In this document: positions 25,812-37,303 of the stretch, piece by piece
How positions within the stretch are numbered: position 1 is the first letter of the stretch
How the letters are laid out: each line of letters opens with the position of its first letter
NCBI GenBank assembly: GCA_041619515.1
Contig: JBFKDW010000013.1
Location: forward strand, 1 to 46,934
Direction of reading: 5' to 3'
Source: Acidimicrobiia bacterium
Lineage (GTDB): Bacteria > Actinomycetota > Acidimicrobiia > Spongiisociales > SHLN01
Length of the DNA stretch: 46,934 nucleotides
Program-made: the position numbers and the translations under genes
The notes under the pieces: model-generated
What the model saw: the letters and a program-made list of their open reading frames with translations, nothing else
What the model was told of the DNA's origin: nothing
Databases searched by the model: none

Positions 25812-26887
25812 TCCACCCTGATTCGAGGATCGAGATAGGCATACGAAAGATCGACGAGCAAGTTAACGATCACGTAGCCGGCGGCGATGATCACGGTGAA
25901 CCCCTGCACGATGGCGTAATCCCTGCCTTCGATGGCGTCGAACAGGGCTCTCCCGACCCCGGCCAGGTTGAACACCGTCTCGGTCAGTACGGCACCGCCG
26001 AGCAGCAGGCCCAGCTGCAGGCCGATGATGGTGACCACCGGCAGCAGGGAGTTGCGGAGGGCATGGCGGCGGACCACTCGCTTCTCCTTCGCTCCCTTGG
26101 CGCGTGCGGTCCGGATGTAGTCCTTGCCCATGACTTCGAGCAGTGAGCTGCGGGTTATCCGGGCGATGATGGCCAGTGGGATCGTGGCGAGGGCGACCGC
26201 CGGCAGGATCATGTGCCTGACCGCCGCGCGGAAGATGTCCCATTGACCGGTGATGGCCGAGTTGAAGATGTAGTGGTTGCCGATGAACTCGTGGAACTTG
26301 GCCCAGGCACTGCCTTCGGCAAAGGTCCATCCCCACACCTCGTAATAGGGATCCGAGAAGACGCCCGCCGGCAGGCGTCCCGACGGTGGGAGCGCGAACG
26401 CCGTGTCCCGCAGGACGAGGGCGAACACGTAGGCGAGCATGAGCCCGAGCCAGAACACCGGCATCGAAACCCCGACGTTGGCGAAGGCCATCGTGGCGGT
26501 ATCGACCGCAGTGTTGTGCTTGCGGGCGGCAAGCACGCCCAGAGGGACGCCGACGGCAACGGCAATTGTCAAGGCCGATAGAGCCAGCTCGATGGTGAGG
26601 GGCAACCGCTCGATGAGGAGCTGGTTGACGGGACGGGAGAATCGGATCGATTCCCCCAGGTCGAACGTGACGACGTTCTTCATGTAGATCCCGAGCTGGA
26701 TGAAGATCGGCTCGTTGAGGCCGTTGGCCTCGTCGAATCGGGCGCACGCCTCCTCGGTGGCCTGTTCGCCCAGGATGGCCGTGCACGGATCGCCGGGGAT
26801 GGCCCGGATGAGGAAGAACACGACGACAACGATCCCGATGAGCACCGGGATCGCAAGGAGCGTCCGTCGAATGATGAAGCTGAGCAT
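25808..26887 (-). CDS. dppB: Peptide ABC transporter permease (DppB-like)
   Basis: IPGDP, DLGES, DYIRTARAKG, HALRN, DPRI. Confidence 0.92.
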   Translation of the reverse strand: MLSFIIRRTLLAIPVLIGIVVVVFFLIRAIPGDPCTAILGEQATEEACARFDEANGLNEPIFIQLGIYMKNVVTFDLGESIRFSRPVNQLLIERLPLTIELALSALTIAVAVGVPLGVLAARKHNTAVDTATMAFANVGVSMPVFWLGLMLAYVFALVLRDTAFALPPSGRLPAGVFSDPYYEVWGWTFAEGSAWAKFHEFIGNHYIFNSAITGQWDIFRAAVRHMILPAVALATIPLAIIARITRSSLLEVMGKDYIRTARAKGAKEKRVVRRHALRNSLLPVVTIIGLQLGLLLGGAVLTETVFNLAGVGRALFDAIEGRDYAIVQGFTVIIAAGYVIVNLLVDLSYAYLDPRIRVD

Positions 26888-26910
26888 CTGAGTAGGAGAT
26901 CAGAGTACAG

Positions 26911-26941
26911 AAAGGGGGAGACGCCGGGCGTCTCCCCCTTT
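26911..26941 (-). terminator. Intercistronic stem-loop after dppA
   Basis: Inverted repeat AAAGGGGGAGACGCC-G-GGCGTCTCCCCCTTT between the SBP and permease genes. Confidence 0.8.
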
Positions 26942-26967
26942 CATATTTGTGACATGCCTTTCTGTGC

Positions 26968-28659
26968 CTAGTTGGCGTTGATGAGTCCGTCCCACAGGTA
27001 GTCGTAGTAGGTCCACGCACCCGTGTTGCCGACATGGAGCGGGCTCGCCGCATCGAGGCCGGCGGTGAACGATGCCACCACGTCGTTGGCGTCGAAGGCC
27101 GAACCGTCGTGGAACGACACGCCCGAACGCAGGGTGCAGGTCCACACCGTCAGGTCGTCGTTGGGGGCGCAATCGGTGGCCAGCTGCGGGGTGGGCTCGC
27201 CGGTGGGCGAGTACCCGTACAGCGCTTCAACCACCTGGTTGCAGGCACGGAGCGATTCACCGTCGGACTCGTCGGCGCAGTACAGCGAGATCGGCTCGTT
27301 GCCCTGCATGAAGACGAAGGTGTCGTCTCCGTTGTCCATCAAGTGGAACAACACCTGGCCCCACGGTGGGGCATACGCACCCGCAACGTCGGCCCCGAAG
27401 GCGAACGCCGTTGCCGAGTGCACGATCGGCACCATCGGCACGAACTCCTTCAGCGCGTTGTTGGCGTCGGCATAGAGCGGGGCCGCCTCGGAGAAGTCGG
27501 CCAGCTTCGAGGCCTGCGCCAGCGGCTCGGTGTAGCTGGGATCCTGCACACCGAACTGCGGGTTGTTGGCCGTGAAGTGGAAGTCCAGGAAGTTGGTGAT
27601 GTGCGGATAATCACCCGTCCATCCCAACAGATAGATGCCGTCGAGCCGTCCCGCCTGGGACTCCTCGATGAAAGCACCCGACTCCATCACCTCAATGGTG
27701 GCGCTGATTCCGAGATCGGCCAGCTGATCCTGCAGGTCGACTGCCACCGCTCCCGGCTCCGGCAAGTAGCCGCGGAACACATCACGGTAGAAGATGGTGG
27801 TGTCGAACCCGTTGGCAAACCCGGCGTCTGCCAGCAGCTGCTTGGCCGCGTCCAGGTCGAAGTCGTACCACGAGTCGCCCTCGCATCCGCCCTGCACCGA
27901 GCAGGGAGTGAAGTGGGAGGCCACCTCTGATCCGGGCGGGTAGAACTGGTCGACGATCCGCTGACGATCGATGCCCACAGCGAGTGCCTTGCGAACGTCC
28001 GGGTTGTCGAACGGCGCAAACGTGTTGGTCATGGCCACGTACAGGATGTTGGCTTCGATCTTGGGCACCAGCGCCAGGTTGGGGTCGGCCTCGATGACTG
28101 CATAGTCGTCGGTGCTGGGGAAGGTGATCCCGTCGACATTGCCCGACTGGAGCTCGAGCAGGCGCTGGGCACCCTCGGTGGCCCACCGGAGGACGGCCGT
28201 GGAATGCGGCGCCAATGTGCCGTAGTAGTCGTCGTTGCGCTCGTACACCACCGAGTCGCCTGCCTGCCACTCGACGAGCGAGTATGGGCCGGTCCCGACC
28301 GGGTTGCGCAGTGGGGCACCGCCCGTCGCTTCCAGGTGCTCTTTGGGCTGGATGCCGAACACGCTGAATGCGAGCTTGGCCAGGAAGGCCGGGTCGGGGC
28401 TGCACAAGTCGAACTGCACGGTGAATTCATCCGTGGCGCTCACCTTGTTGATCTTGCCTCCGTAGTCACAACCACCCGAGTCGAGGACGTCACCCACGAA
28501 TCCCGGATCCGGGGCCTGAGTGGTCGTCGGACCGGCAGCCGTGGTTGTGGTTGCTGGTGCCGCGGTGGTTGTTGCACCACCCCCGTCGTCACCGCCACAG
28601 GCGGCGGCAACGAGCGCGAACGCAAACGCGACCGCGGCCCACTTCACGTGTCTTCTCAT
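26968..28659 (-). CDS. dppA: DppA-like family 5 substrate-binding lipoprotein, circularly permuted
   Basis: Lipobox LVAAAC, Thr-rich linker, PVGTGPY, VRKALAVGIDR, GWTGD; the canonical N-terminal signature (LAT..NDDLTVWTCTLRSGVSFHDG..FDANDVVASF) lies at the C-terminus. Confidence 0.9.
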   Translation of the reverse strand: MRRHVKWAAVAFAFALVAAACGGDDGGGATTTAAPATTTTAAGPTTTQAPDPGFVGDVLDSGGCDYGGKINKVSATDEFTVQFDLCSPDPAFLAKLAFSVFGIQPKEHLEATGGAPLRNPVGTGPYSLVEWQAGDSVVYERNDDYYGTLAPHSTAVLRWATEGAQRLLELQSGNVDGITFPSTDDYAVIEADPNLALVPKIEANILYVAMTNTFAPFDNPDVRKALAVGIDRQRIVDQFYPPGSEVASHFTPCSVQGGCEGDSWYDFDLDAAKQLLADAGFANGFDTTIFYRDVFRGYLPEPGAVAVDLQDQLADLGISATIEVMESGAFIEESQAGRLDGIYLLGWTGDYPHITNFLDFHFTANNPQFGVQDPSYTEPLAQASKLADFSEAAPLYADANNALKEFVPMVPIVHSATAFAFGADVAGAYAPPWGQVLFHLMDNGDDTFVFMQGNEPISLYCADESDGESLRACNQVVEALYGYSPTGEPTPQLATDCAPNDDLTVWTCTLRSGVSFHDGSAFDANDVVASFTAGLDAASPLHVGNTGAWTYYDYLWDGLINAN

Positions 28660-28716
28660 CGTTTTTCCTCCTCAAAACACACTTGAGCGGACCGGTAGGT
28701 CGCGCTCGTGGGACCC

Positions 28717-28771
28717 AACCTAACCTGTTGCGGGCATTGGTGCAGCGGAGGCTCGAGTCTTTCCATATAAT
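28717..28771. promoter_or_regulatory. Candidate divergent -10 elements for the dpp and opp operons
   Basis: TATAAT on + at 28766-28771 and TAGGTT on - at 28717-28722, in the 222-bp divergent gap. Confidence 0.4.
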
Positions 28772-28881
28772 TCCAAGAACCATTGCACGCAGCGCGAAAC
28801 TTCGGCTACGCTTTCCCCATTCCATCCGAACCCATTTGTGAGGTTCGGCATGGAGTTCCTTTTCTGAGGAGGAAAGAATCA

Positions 28882-30570
28882 ATGACAATCAATAAGAGAT
28901 GGTTGCGCCTTGTTGCTCTCCTGGGGGCGCTGGCGCTGGTCGCGGCCGCCTGTGGCGGTGACGACAGTGGCGAAGCCACAACCACGACAGCTGACCCCGG
29001 TGGCGGCGCAACCACGACGACCGTGGCGGCGACGACCACGACGGTCGAGCCGATGACAGGAGGAGAGATCTCCTTCTATATCTCGGAGCCGCCGTTCATC
29101 GACCCGTCGCTGGTGCAGGACAACCAGGGCTTTGAGGTCGTTCGGCTGCTTTTCGACGGCTTGACTCTGTACTCGCCTGAGGGCGGTGCGGTGGTTCCGG
29201 GCGTCGCCGAGTCGTGGGAGGCCAACGACGACTTGACAGTCTGGACGTTCAACCTGCGCGACTCGCAGTGGCCGGATGGAAGCCCGGTGACGGCACAGGA
29301 CTTCATCTACGGCTGGGGACGGGCGGCTGATCCCGACTCTGCGTCCCGGGTTGCCTATCACGGTTCCATCGCCGGCATCGTCGGCTGGGACGAGGTAAAC
29401 GGTGGCGATGCCGACGGCACCGTCGGCAACGTCGAGATTCCTGGTCTGCGTGCGGTCGACGACAGCACGCTCGAGATCACGCTCAACCAGACGAACTCGC
29501 TGCTTCCCAAGATCCTGGCGCACCCGGTGTTCTCGCCGGCCCAGCAGTCCGTGGTCGAAGCAGACCCCGAGGCGTTTGCCGAGATGCCGGTCGGAAACGG
29601 CCCGTACAAGATGTCCGAGCCGTGGCAGCACGACGTGGCCATCAACGTCGAGCGGAGTGACACCTACTACGGCACGCCCGGCTTGCCGGACTCCATCGAG
29701 TTCCGCGTTTACTCCACGCAGGATGCTGCCTGGCTGGATTTCCAGGCCGGCAACGTCGACGTGGTGCGCGGAGTTCCCGATGAGGCACTCGAGCAGGCAC
29801 GGGTCGATCTCGGTGATCGTCTCATCGAGCAGCCGACCGGTTCCTTCACGTACCTCGGCCTGCCGTGGTCGTTCGAGCCGTTCCAGAACGCCGACCTTCG
29901 TCGGGCGCTTCTGATGGCCATCGATACCGAAGCGATCAACGAGCGGATCTTCATCGGCCGTGACACGCCCCGTGGCTTTGTGCCGGGCGTCGCCAACGGT
30001 GCCATCGAAGACGGCTGCCCGTGGTGTCGTTTTGATCCGACCGAGGCCAAGGCCCTGTACGACTCCGTCGGCGGAGTCCCGAACGACGAGCTGAACATCG
30101 TGTTCAACTCGGGTGCCGGGCACGAGCAGTGGGTCGAGGCCGTCGCCAACGACTGGGGCACGAACCTCGGAATCACCGCCAACTTCCAGGGCTTCGAGTG
30201 GGCCGCCTACCTGGACTACCTGTTCGGCGAGACGCCGAACACGGATCCGTTCCGGTTGGGCTGGGGATGGGACTACCCGTCCGGGTACAACTTCCTTGCC
30301 CCGCTCTATGGCTGTGAGTCGGCAGACAACCTGACCGGTTTCTGCAGTCCCGAGCTGGACGTGGAGCTGAACAAGGTGATCACGTCGCTGAAGGAAGAGG
30401 ACGGCATTCCTGCCCTCCAGGAGGCACAGCGTATCGTCGGTGACCTGATCCCGGTGATCCCGATCACCTACGGTCGTTCCGCCGTTGCCTACAGCGAGGA
30501 CCTGTCCAACGTCAGGTACACCGACTTCGGTTTCTTCATCTTTGAAGACGTCGTCGTCGATCGCGGCTAA
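28882..30570 (+). CDS. oppA: OppA-like family 5 substrate-binding lipoprotein (canonical order)
   Basis: GAGGAGG RBS, ATG 28882, lipobox VAAAC, Thr linker, N-terminal AESWEANDDLTVWTFNLR..WPDG.PVTAQDF, PVGNGPY. Confidence 0.92.
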   Translation: MTINKRWLRLVALLGALALVAAACGGDDSGEATTTTADPGGGATTTTVAATTTTVEPMTGGEISFYISEPPFIDPSLVQDNQGFEVVRLLFDGLTLYSPEGGAVVPGVAESWEANDDLTVWTFNLRDSQWPDGSPVTAQDFIYGWGRAADPDSASRVAYHGSIAGIVGWDEVNGGDADGTVGNVEIPGLRAVDDSTLEITLNQTNSLLPKILAHPVFSPAQQSVVEADPEAFAEMPVGNGPYKMSEPWQHDVAINVERSDTYYGTPGLPDSIEFRVYSTQDAAWLDFQAGNVDVVRGVPDEALEQARVDLGDRLIEQPTGSFTYLGLPWSFEPFQNADLRRALLMAIDTEAINERIFIGRDTPRGFVPGVANGAIEDGCPWCRFDPTEAKALYDSVGGVPNDELNIVFNSGAGHEQWVEAVANDWGTNLGITANFQGFEWAAYLDYLFGETPNTDPFRLGWGWDYPSGYNFLAPLYGCESADNLTGFCSPELDVELNKVITSLKEEDGIPALQEAQRIVGDLIPVIPITYGRSAVAYSEDLSNVRYTDFGFFIFEDVVVDRG

Positions 30571-30591
30571 CCGACCACCATCTAGACGGAG

Positions 30592-30623
30592 ACTCCCCGG
30601 AGGCCATGCCTTCGGGGAGTTTT
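30592..30623 (+). terminator. Intercistronic stem-loop after oppA
   Basis: ACTCCCCGGAGGC-CAT-GCCTTCGGGGAGT followed by TTT. Confidence 0.75.
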
Positions 30624-30644
30624 CGCGGCTAGAGTGCCACGCAG

Positions 30645-31574
30645 ATGTTTCGCTACACCGTGCGCCGGACGCTGCTGATGATTCCGACCTTCATCGGTGC
30701 GAGTGCCATCATCTTCTTCGCCGGCTTCGCCTTGCCGGGCGATCCCGTCTCGGCGTTCGGCGGCGAGCGCGCACTTTCTGAGGCGACCCGACAGGTCCTC
30801 GAGGAGCGCTACCGGCTCGACCAGCCGCTCATCAACCAGTACCTCGGCTACATGAGCGACGTCGTTCTCCACCAGGATCTCGGTGAGTCGGTGCTGCGTC
30901 GCCGCTCCGTCAACGACATATTCTGGGATGCGTTCCCGAACACGTTCCGCCTGGCCATGCTGGCGGCGGCGATCGAAATCGTCATCGGCCTGGCGGCGGG
31001 TGTCCTGGCGGCGCTGAGAAAGGGGAAGTTCATCGATCAGCTTGTGCTGATCTCGACGACGCTGGTGGTGTCTATCCCCGTGTTCGTGCTCGCCTTCGCG
31101 TCGCAGATCTACTTTGGGGTTGAACTCGGGATCTTCCCGATCGCCGGCCTCAACGAAGGCCTCAAGTCATATCTGCTGCCGGCTTTTGTTCTCGCGGCGC
31201 TGTCGCTCGCGTACGTGGCCCGCCTTACCCGCACCAGCCTGGTTGAGACGATGCGCTCCGACTACATCCGCACCGCCCAGGCCAAGGGCCTGCGACCGTC
31301 GCGTGTCATCGGGCGCCACGGGTTGCGCAACGCGCTCATCCCGGTGGTCACCTACATCGGCATCGACATCGCCGTCCTGATGGGTGGGGCGATCGTCACC
31401 GAGACCGTGTTCAACATTCCGGGTGCTGGATTTGCCCTGGTGCGGGCCATCGGCACTCGTGACAATGCCATCGTCGTCGGCTTCACGCTGGCGGCGGTCA
31501 TCATCTTCCTGCTGGTCAGCCTGCTCATCGATCTCCTCTACGCCGTGCTCGACCCGAGGATCAGGTATGAGTGA
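30645..31574 (+). CDS. oppB: Oligopeptide ABC permease
   Basis: LPGDP, DLGES, DYIRTAQAKG, LDPRIRY. Confidence 0.92.
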   Translation: MFRYTVRRTLLMIPTFIGASAIIFFAGFALPGDPVSAFGGERALSEATRQVLEERYRLDQPLINQYLGYMSDVVLHQDLGESVLRRRSVNDIFWDAFPNTFRLAMLAAAIEIVIGLAAGVLAALRKGKFIDQLVLISTTLVVSIPVFVLAFASQIYFGVELGIFPIAGLNEGLKSYLLPAFVLAALSLAYVARLTRTSLVETMRSDYIRTAQAKGLRPSRVIGRHGLRNALIPVVTYIGIDIAVLMGGAIVTETVFNIPGAGFALVRAIGTRDNAIVVGFTLAAVIIFLLVSLLIDLLYAVLDPRIRYE

Positions 31575-32541
31575 CGATCTCATCGAACCGCACGTCGAAC
31601 GCGCTGAGACGATCGTCGAAGCAGAGAGCGGCGGCGATATCGAGGCGATCGAGCGGGCGGCCTCGCTGTGGAGCGACGCCTGGCGCGAGCTTCGCAAGCG
31701 GTGGATCTTCTGGATCGCAGCCGGCCTCATCGGCCTCTTCACAACCATGGCCGCAGTCCCGCAGGTATTCGTTGCTCCCTCGCCGGCCACCCACGATCCG
31801 AGGGAGTGCTCGTTGCGGGCCGCCGACGGCACCTTTCAGGACCGCCTGCGGCCCTCGAGCGAGCACTGGTTCGGCACCGATCTCCAGGGGTGCGACTACT
31901 ACGCCCGGGTCATCTACGGTGCCCGCGTGTCGATCGTCATCGGCATCGGGGTTATCGCTCTCGCCGGGCTCATCGGGTTGGCGCTGGGAGGCATCGCCGG
32001 CTTCTACGGGGGTTGGTTCGACAATCTGATCTCCCGGTTCGTCGACGTCCTGTTTGCGATCCCATTCCTGGTCGCGGCCATTCTGTTCCTCAATGTCATT
32101 GCCAGCGACGGCGGTCGAGGCCTGGGTCACGTGCTGCTGGTGCTTGGGGTGTTCGGCTGGCCGACCATATCGAGGCTGTTCCGTGCCTCGGTCATCCAGG
32201 CCAAAGCGCAGGATTATGTGGAAGCGGCCAGGGCGGTGGGCGCCAGCAACATGCGGATTCTGATTCGTCACATCCTTCCGAACGCCATTGCCCCCGCCAT
32301 CGTGTATTCGACGATCGCCATCGGCGGGGTCATCGCTGCTGAGGCCACGCTGTCGTTCCTCGGAGTCGGACTGCAGCTGCCGGCCATCTCCTGGGGCCTG
32401 ATGATCAACAATGCCCAAACCAGGATCCTCACGACGCCCCACCTGCTCATCTTCCCCAGCATTTTCCTCAGCCTGACCGTGCTCGGCTTCCTCCTGCTGG
32501 GGGACGCCGTGCGTGACGCCCTCGACCCGCGGCTGCGATAA
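31567..32541 (+). CDS. oppC: Oligopeptide ABC permease
   Basis: ATG 31567; SLWSDAW, HWFGTD, YVEAARAVGA, DALDPR. Confidence 0.92.
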   Translation: MSDDLIEPHVERAETIVEAESGGDIEAIERAASLWSDAWRELRKRWIFWIAAGLIGLFTTMAAVPQVFVAPSPATHDPRECSLRAADGTFQDRLRPSSEHWFGTDLQGCDYYARVIYGARVSIVIGIGVIALAGLIGLALGGIAGFYGGWFDNLISRFVDVLFAIPFLVAAILFLNVIASDGGRGLGHVLLVLGVFGWPTISRLFRASVIQAKAQDYVEAARAVGASNMRILIRHILPNAIAPAIVYSTIAIGGVIAAEATLSFLGVGLQLPAISWGLMINNAQTRILTTPHLLIFPSIFLSLTVLGFLLLGDAVRDALDPRLR

Positions 32542-32543
32542 GG

Positions 32544-33567
32544 ATGGCGACGAGCATCGAATACCCCGCGCTGCGAGCACGACCGGAGGTGGGCGATGTC
32601 CTGCTCGAGGTCGAGAACCTGTCGGTCGAGTTCCATACCGATGCCGGTGTTGTCAAGGCCGTCAACCGGGTGACGTTCAACCTGCGGGCGGGCGAGACGA
32701 TGGCCATCATCGGTGAATCCGGAAGCGGCAAGAGCGTGACAGCCCAGGCGATCATGGGCATCGTCCCGATACCGCCCGGGGTGGTGACCGCAGATGCGAT
32801 CCGCTATCGGGGCAGCGATTTGGAGCACATGTCCGAGCGTCAGCGGCGCAAGGTGCGGGGCGATCAAATTGCCATGATCTTTCAGGATCCGCTCACTTCG
32901 CTGAACCCGGTGTACTCAGTGGGATTCCAGATCGGTGAGATGTTCCGGGTCCATCGCGGCATGTCGCGCAAGGAAGCCAAGGAGCGGTCGATCGAGCTCA
33001 TGGACCGCGTGCGGATTCCCGAGGCCCGCCGCCGCGTCGGAGATTACCCACATCAATTCTCGGGCGGTATGCGGCAGCGGGTCATGGTTGCCATGGCCCT
33101 CGCCCTCGAGCCCACCATTCTCATCGCAGATGAGCCGACCACAGCCCTCGATGTGACCGTCCAGGCGCAGATCATGGAGATCCTCCACGAGCTGCAGGAG
33201 GACAACAACATGGGCTTGATCCTCATCACCCATGACCTCGGTGTGGTGGCGTCGGTGGCGGATTCCATCATGCTCATGTATGCCGGGTCGGTGATGGAGA
33301 AGGCTCCGGCCGATGACTTCTACGCCAGTCCGGCTCATCCATACGCACACGGGCTGATGAAATCCGTGCCCCGCCTCATTCACCAGGCGGGCCGCCTCGA
33401 CCCCATCGAGGGGGCTCCACCCAGCTTGCTGAACGTCCCCCCCGGATGCCCCTTCAACCCGCGTTGTCCCCACACCCGGGACCGGTGTCGTGAGGAGGTG
33501 CCGGCGCTGCGTCCCATCACCGGCTACGTGGGCCAGGTGGCGTGTCATTTCGCTGAGGAAGTGCGGC

Positions 33568-33575
<8 letters not shown>
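32544..33575 (+). CDS. oppD: Oligopeptide ABC ATPase
   Basis: [24 protein letters not shown]. Confidence 0.92.
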
Positions 33576-34581
<1,006 letters not shown>

Positions 34582-35869
34582 CGCCGGTGCCGGTAGAGGA
34601 AGCCCGCCATGGCCCCTGCCGCCAGGATCAAGAGCAATGCGCTCGCTCCCACCAGGCCGCCCGGCAGTGAGATGGCCTCCGCCGCCCCCGGCCCGGCGGT
34701 GAGCGGCGCCACCACGACCTCGTAGCCGCCGGCGGCGGGGCGGGTCCAGGCGATCAACACCTGCTCTCCCGTGGCCAGGGTGGGATGGCTGCCCGCCCCC
34801 AGGCTCTCCGGGGCCATCCACGAGCCGTCGACCTGCTCGGAAACGAAGACCTCCGCACGGTCGGACCAGGCGGCGAAGAGGTGCCCGGCGTCGTCGGAGG
34901 CGATCACCGGATCGACCGATGGGGCGTCGGCAAGCGCGAACGGCGGGCTCCATCCATTCGGCCCCAGCGCCGAATACAGGACGTCCGCCCCGTCGGGCCC
35001 GAACTGCTCCCACACCAGGCTCACCTCGCCGGCCGGGTCGATGTCCATCGACACTCCGAGCGCGTCGGAGGCGTCCGTCGAGAGGATGGAGGGGCCCTGC
35101 CATTCTCCGTCCTCCAGAAAGGCGTAGTGCGCCTGGTAGCGGCCGATGTCACGCTCGTACCAGGCGGCGTGGACGGCTCCGTCGCGGCCCTGGGCCACGG
35201 TTGGGTTGAGAGCGTCGAGCCCGCCAACCGAGACCACGGTGGTGGGTCCCCAGACACCGGCTGAGCCGACGATATGGACGATCTCGTAGCGGGAGCCGAT
35301 GTCGTAGCTCTCGTCCGGCACCGAGGAGTACCACAGCACATGCACCCGGTCGGCTTCGGCCGCCAGCGCCGGGAACCCGGCGTACGTGGGCCCGGGGGAG
35401 ATCTTGGCGGGCTGCGACCAGCCGCCCGTGGTTCGCACCGCGTACCAGACGTGCCCGACCGTTTCGTAGTCCACCCAGGCCGCATGCAGGCGGCCGTCGG
35501 GGCCCTCGGCAAGCGACCCGAGCCGGGCGGGTATGTTGGGGCGGCTCAGCAAGACCGGATCGCCCCAGGTCACTCCCTCGTCGGCAGACGAGGCCACCAC
35601 GACCTGGTCGATGTCGTTGGAGCGCTGGACGAATATCAGCTCGAGTGTGCCCTGGCTGGTTTGCACCAGCTTGCGCTGCCCGTTGTCGTTGGTCGCCTCC
35701 GGCGAGCCCGACGCAACCCGTACCGTCGGGGCGCCGGACTCAGCGGCGACGGCGGGCGTCGTTGCCAGGCCGGCGCCGCAGAGCAGCGTGAGCAATGCCA
35801 GGAGAAGGGGGGAGCCTCGACGGGCGAGAGGGGACATTGACGGTTCGATGATATCCAGGATCGAGCAGC

Positions 35870-37135
35870 TCAACCGTTGGTGAGATACGCCACCGAGCCG
35901 TCGAGCGGGCTGGGATTGGTGACTTCGTAGATGCCGAGGTGGGCCACGTCCGCCGCGTCGAGCCGCAGCGAGACGAGCTGTCCGAGGGGCAGGTCGGCTG
36001 TCACGATCCGCTCGACCACCCAGCCCGGCTCCTGCCTGACGGCATACCAGACCCCGGACGTGTCCGAGAACGCCACATGCGGGCGCCCGGCACTGTCGAA
36101 TGCAAGCGAGGAGTTGCGACGGGCGTTGCCCTCTTCGAAGCTGGCCAGGTCGCCGACCGTTTCCATAGTCCAGGTTTCCGCCCGGCGGACCGCGTACACG
36201 ATTCGTCCGGCCTCTGAGCCCGTCTGCTCGAACGAAGTGATGGCGGGGTCGCCCTCGGCGGTGAACGCGAGCGAGGAGTACTTGCCGATGTCACCGTCGG
36301 ACGCCACCGTCTCGATGTCCCACAGCCCGTCAGCCAGGTGAGCGTACCTGAGGTCACCGTTGTCGAAGTCGTAGAAGCTCATCGCCGGGAGGCCTGCGTT
36401 GTCGAGGGCGAGGCCGAGGTTGTACTGGTACGGGGTCGGCCCGCTTCCGATGGGTGTGACCTCCCAACCGTTCTGGGACTTCCGGTAGTACTCGATGCCG
36501 ACCTCTGATCCGAACTGCGATGGATCCACCCCTGCGGCGTGGAAGACCCCGTCGCCGCCGATGACCAGTGCGGTGTCCCAGCCGTCGTGGCCCGGATGGC
36601 GGGCAACGTCGCGGGTCCAGCGGTCGCCGTCCGGGTACACGATCGTCAGGTCGCCCAGCTCGGGATCGAAGTCGTCGGCCTGGTGGTCGTGATAGGCGAC
36701 GAAGGGGACGTCCTGGCGGTCAAATGCCAGGTCGATGGGTCCGTAGAAATATCCCTCCCGAACCGCCTCGCCGGCCCAGCCGTCGTCGGCCGCCGCGTAG
36801 GCGACGAAGCCTTCCCCCACCCGCTCGAACAGCCAGGCCATAGCCGGAGAGCCCGAGCTGTCGAGGGCGACGGCCGGCTTGACGCCGACCCCGACCGCTA
36901 CGGCGCTCCAGCCGTCGGCAACAGCAAACGTGAGGTCGGGGCGCTCGATGCTCGGCATGGTCGTGGTGGGCTGATCGGAGGTCGACGTCGCGTCCTCCAG
37001 GGTTGACGTCGTGCCCGGCAATGCCGTGGTGGTCGACGGAGTAGCAGGTGTCGAGGGACTCGCGCCGCTCGAGCCCCCGCAGGCCGCCGCAACCAGTGCG
37101 ATCGCCGCACCCAGCGACTGCATCGATCTCTGCAT
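35870..37135 (-). CDS. Beta-propeller lipoprotein of unknown function
   Basis: Lipobox VAAAC, Ser/Thr linker, seven 'sLAxDxxGxPxxAy' repeats. Confidence 0.75.
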   Translation of the reverse strand: MQRSMQSLGAAIALVAAACGGSSGASPSTPATPSTTTALPGTTSTLEDATSTSDQPTTTMPSIERPDLTFAVADGWSAVAVGVGVKPAVALDSSGSPAMAWLFERVGEGFVAYAAADDGWAGEAVREGYFYGPIDLAFDRQDVPFVAYHDHQADDFDPELGDLTIVYPDGDRWTRDVARHPGHDGWDTALVIGGDGVFHAAGVDPSQFGSEVGIEYYRKSQNGWEVTPIGSGPTPYQYNLGLALDNAGLPAMSFYDFDNGDLRYAHLADGLWDIETVASDGDIGKYSSLAFTAEGDPAITSFEQTGSEAGRIVYAVRRAETWTMETVGDLASFEEGNARRNSSLAFDSAGRPHVAFSDTSGVWYAVRQEPGWVVERIVTADLPLGQLVSLRLDAADVAHLGIYEVTNPSPLDGSVAYLTNG

Positions 37136-37303
37136 TCGGGCTCCTCCGGGGGTTGGTTATGCAACGTCCCCGGGAGGTGCGGTGTTCCTCGCATCATGTG
37201 CGCACAATCTGGCGGCGGCGGCGGATCGATGTCGGGATGGGGTCCCGACCGCCCATCGGCGGCTGCCTCGCGTGTCTACGATGTCGGCGGGAGGGAGTCC
37301 CAG

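Noticed and set aside
34590..34680. Sortase LPxTG signal on the beta-propeller
   Set aside because: The motif reads LPGGL, not LPxTG; treated as a simple TM anchor.
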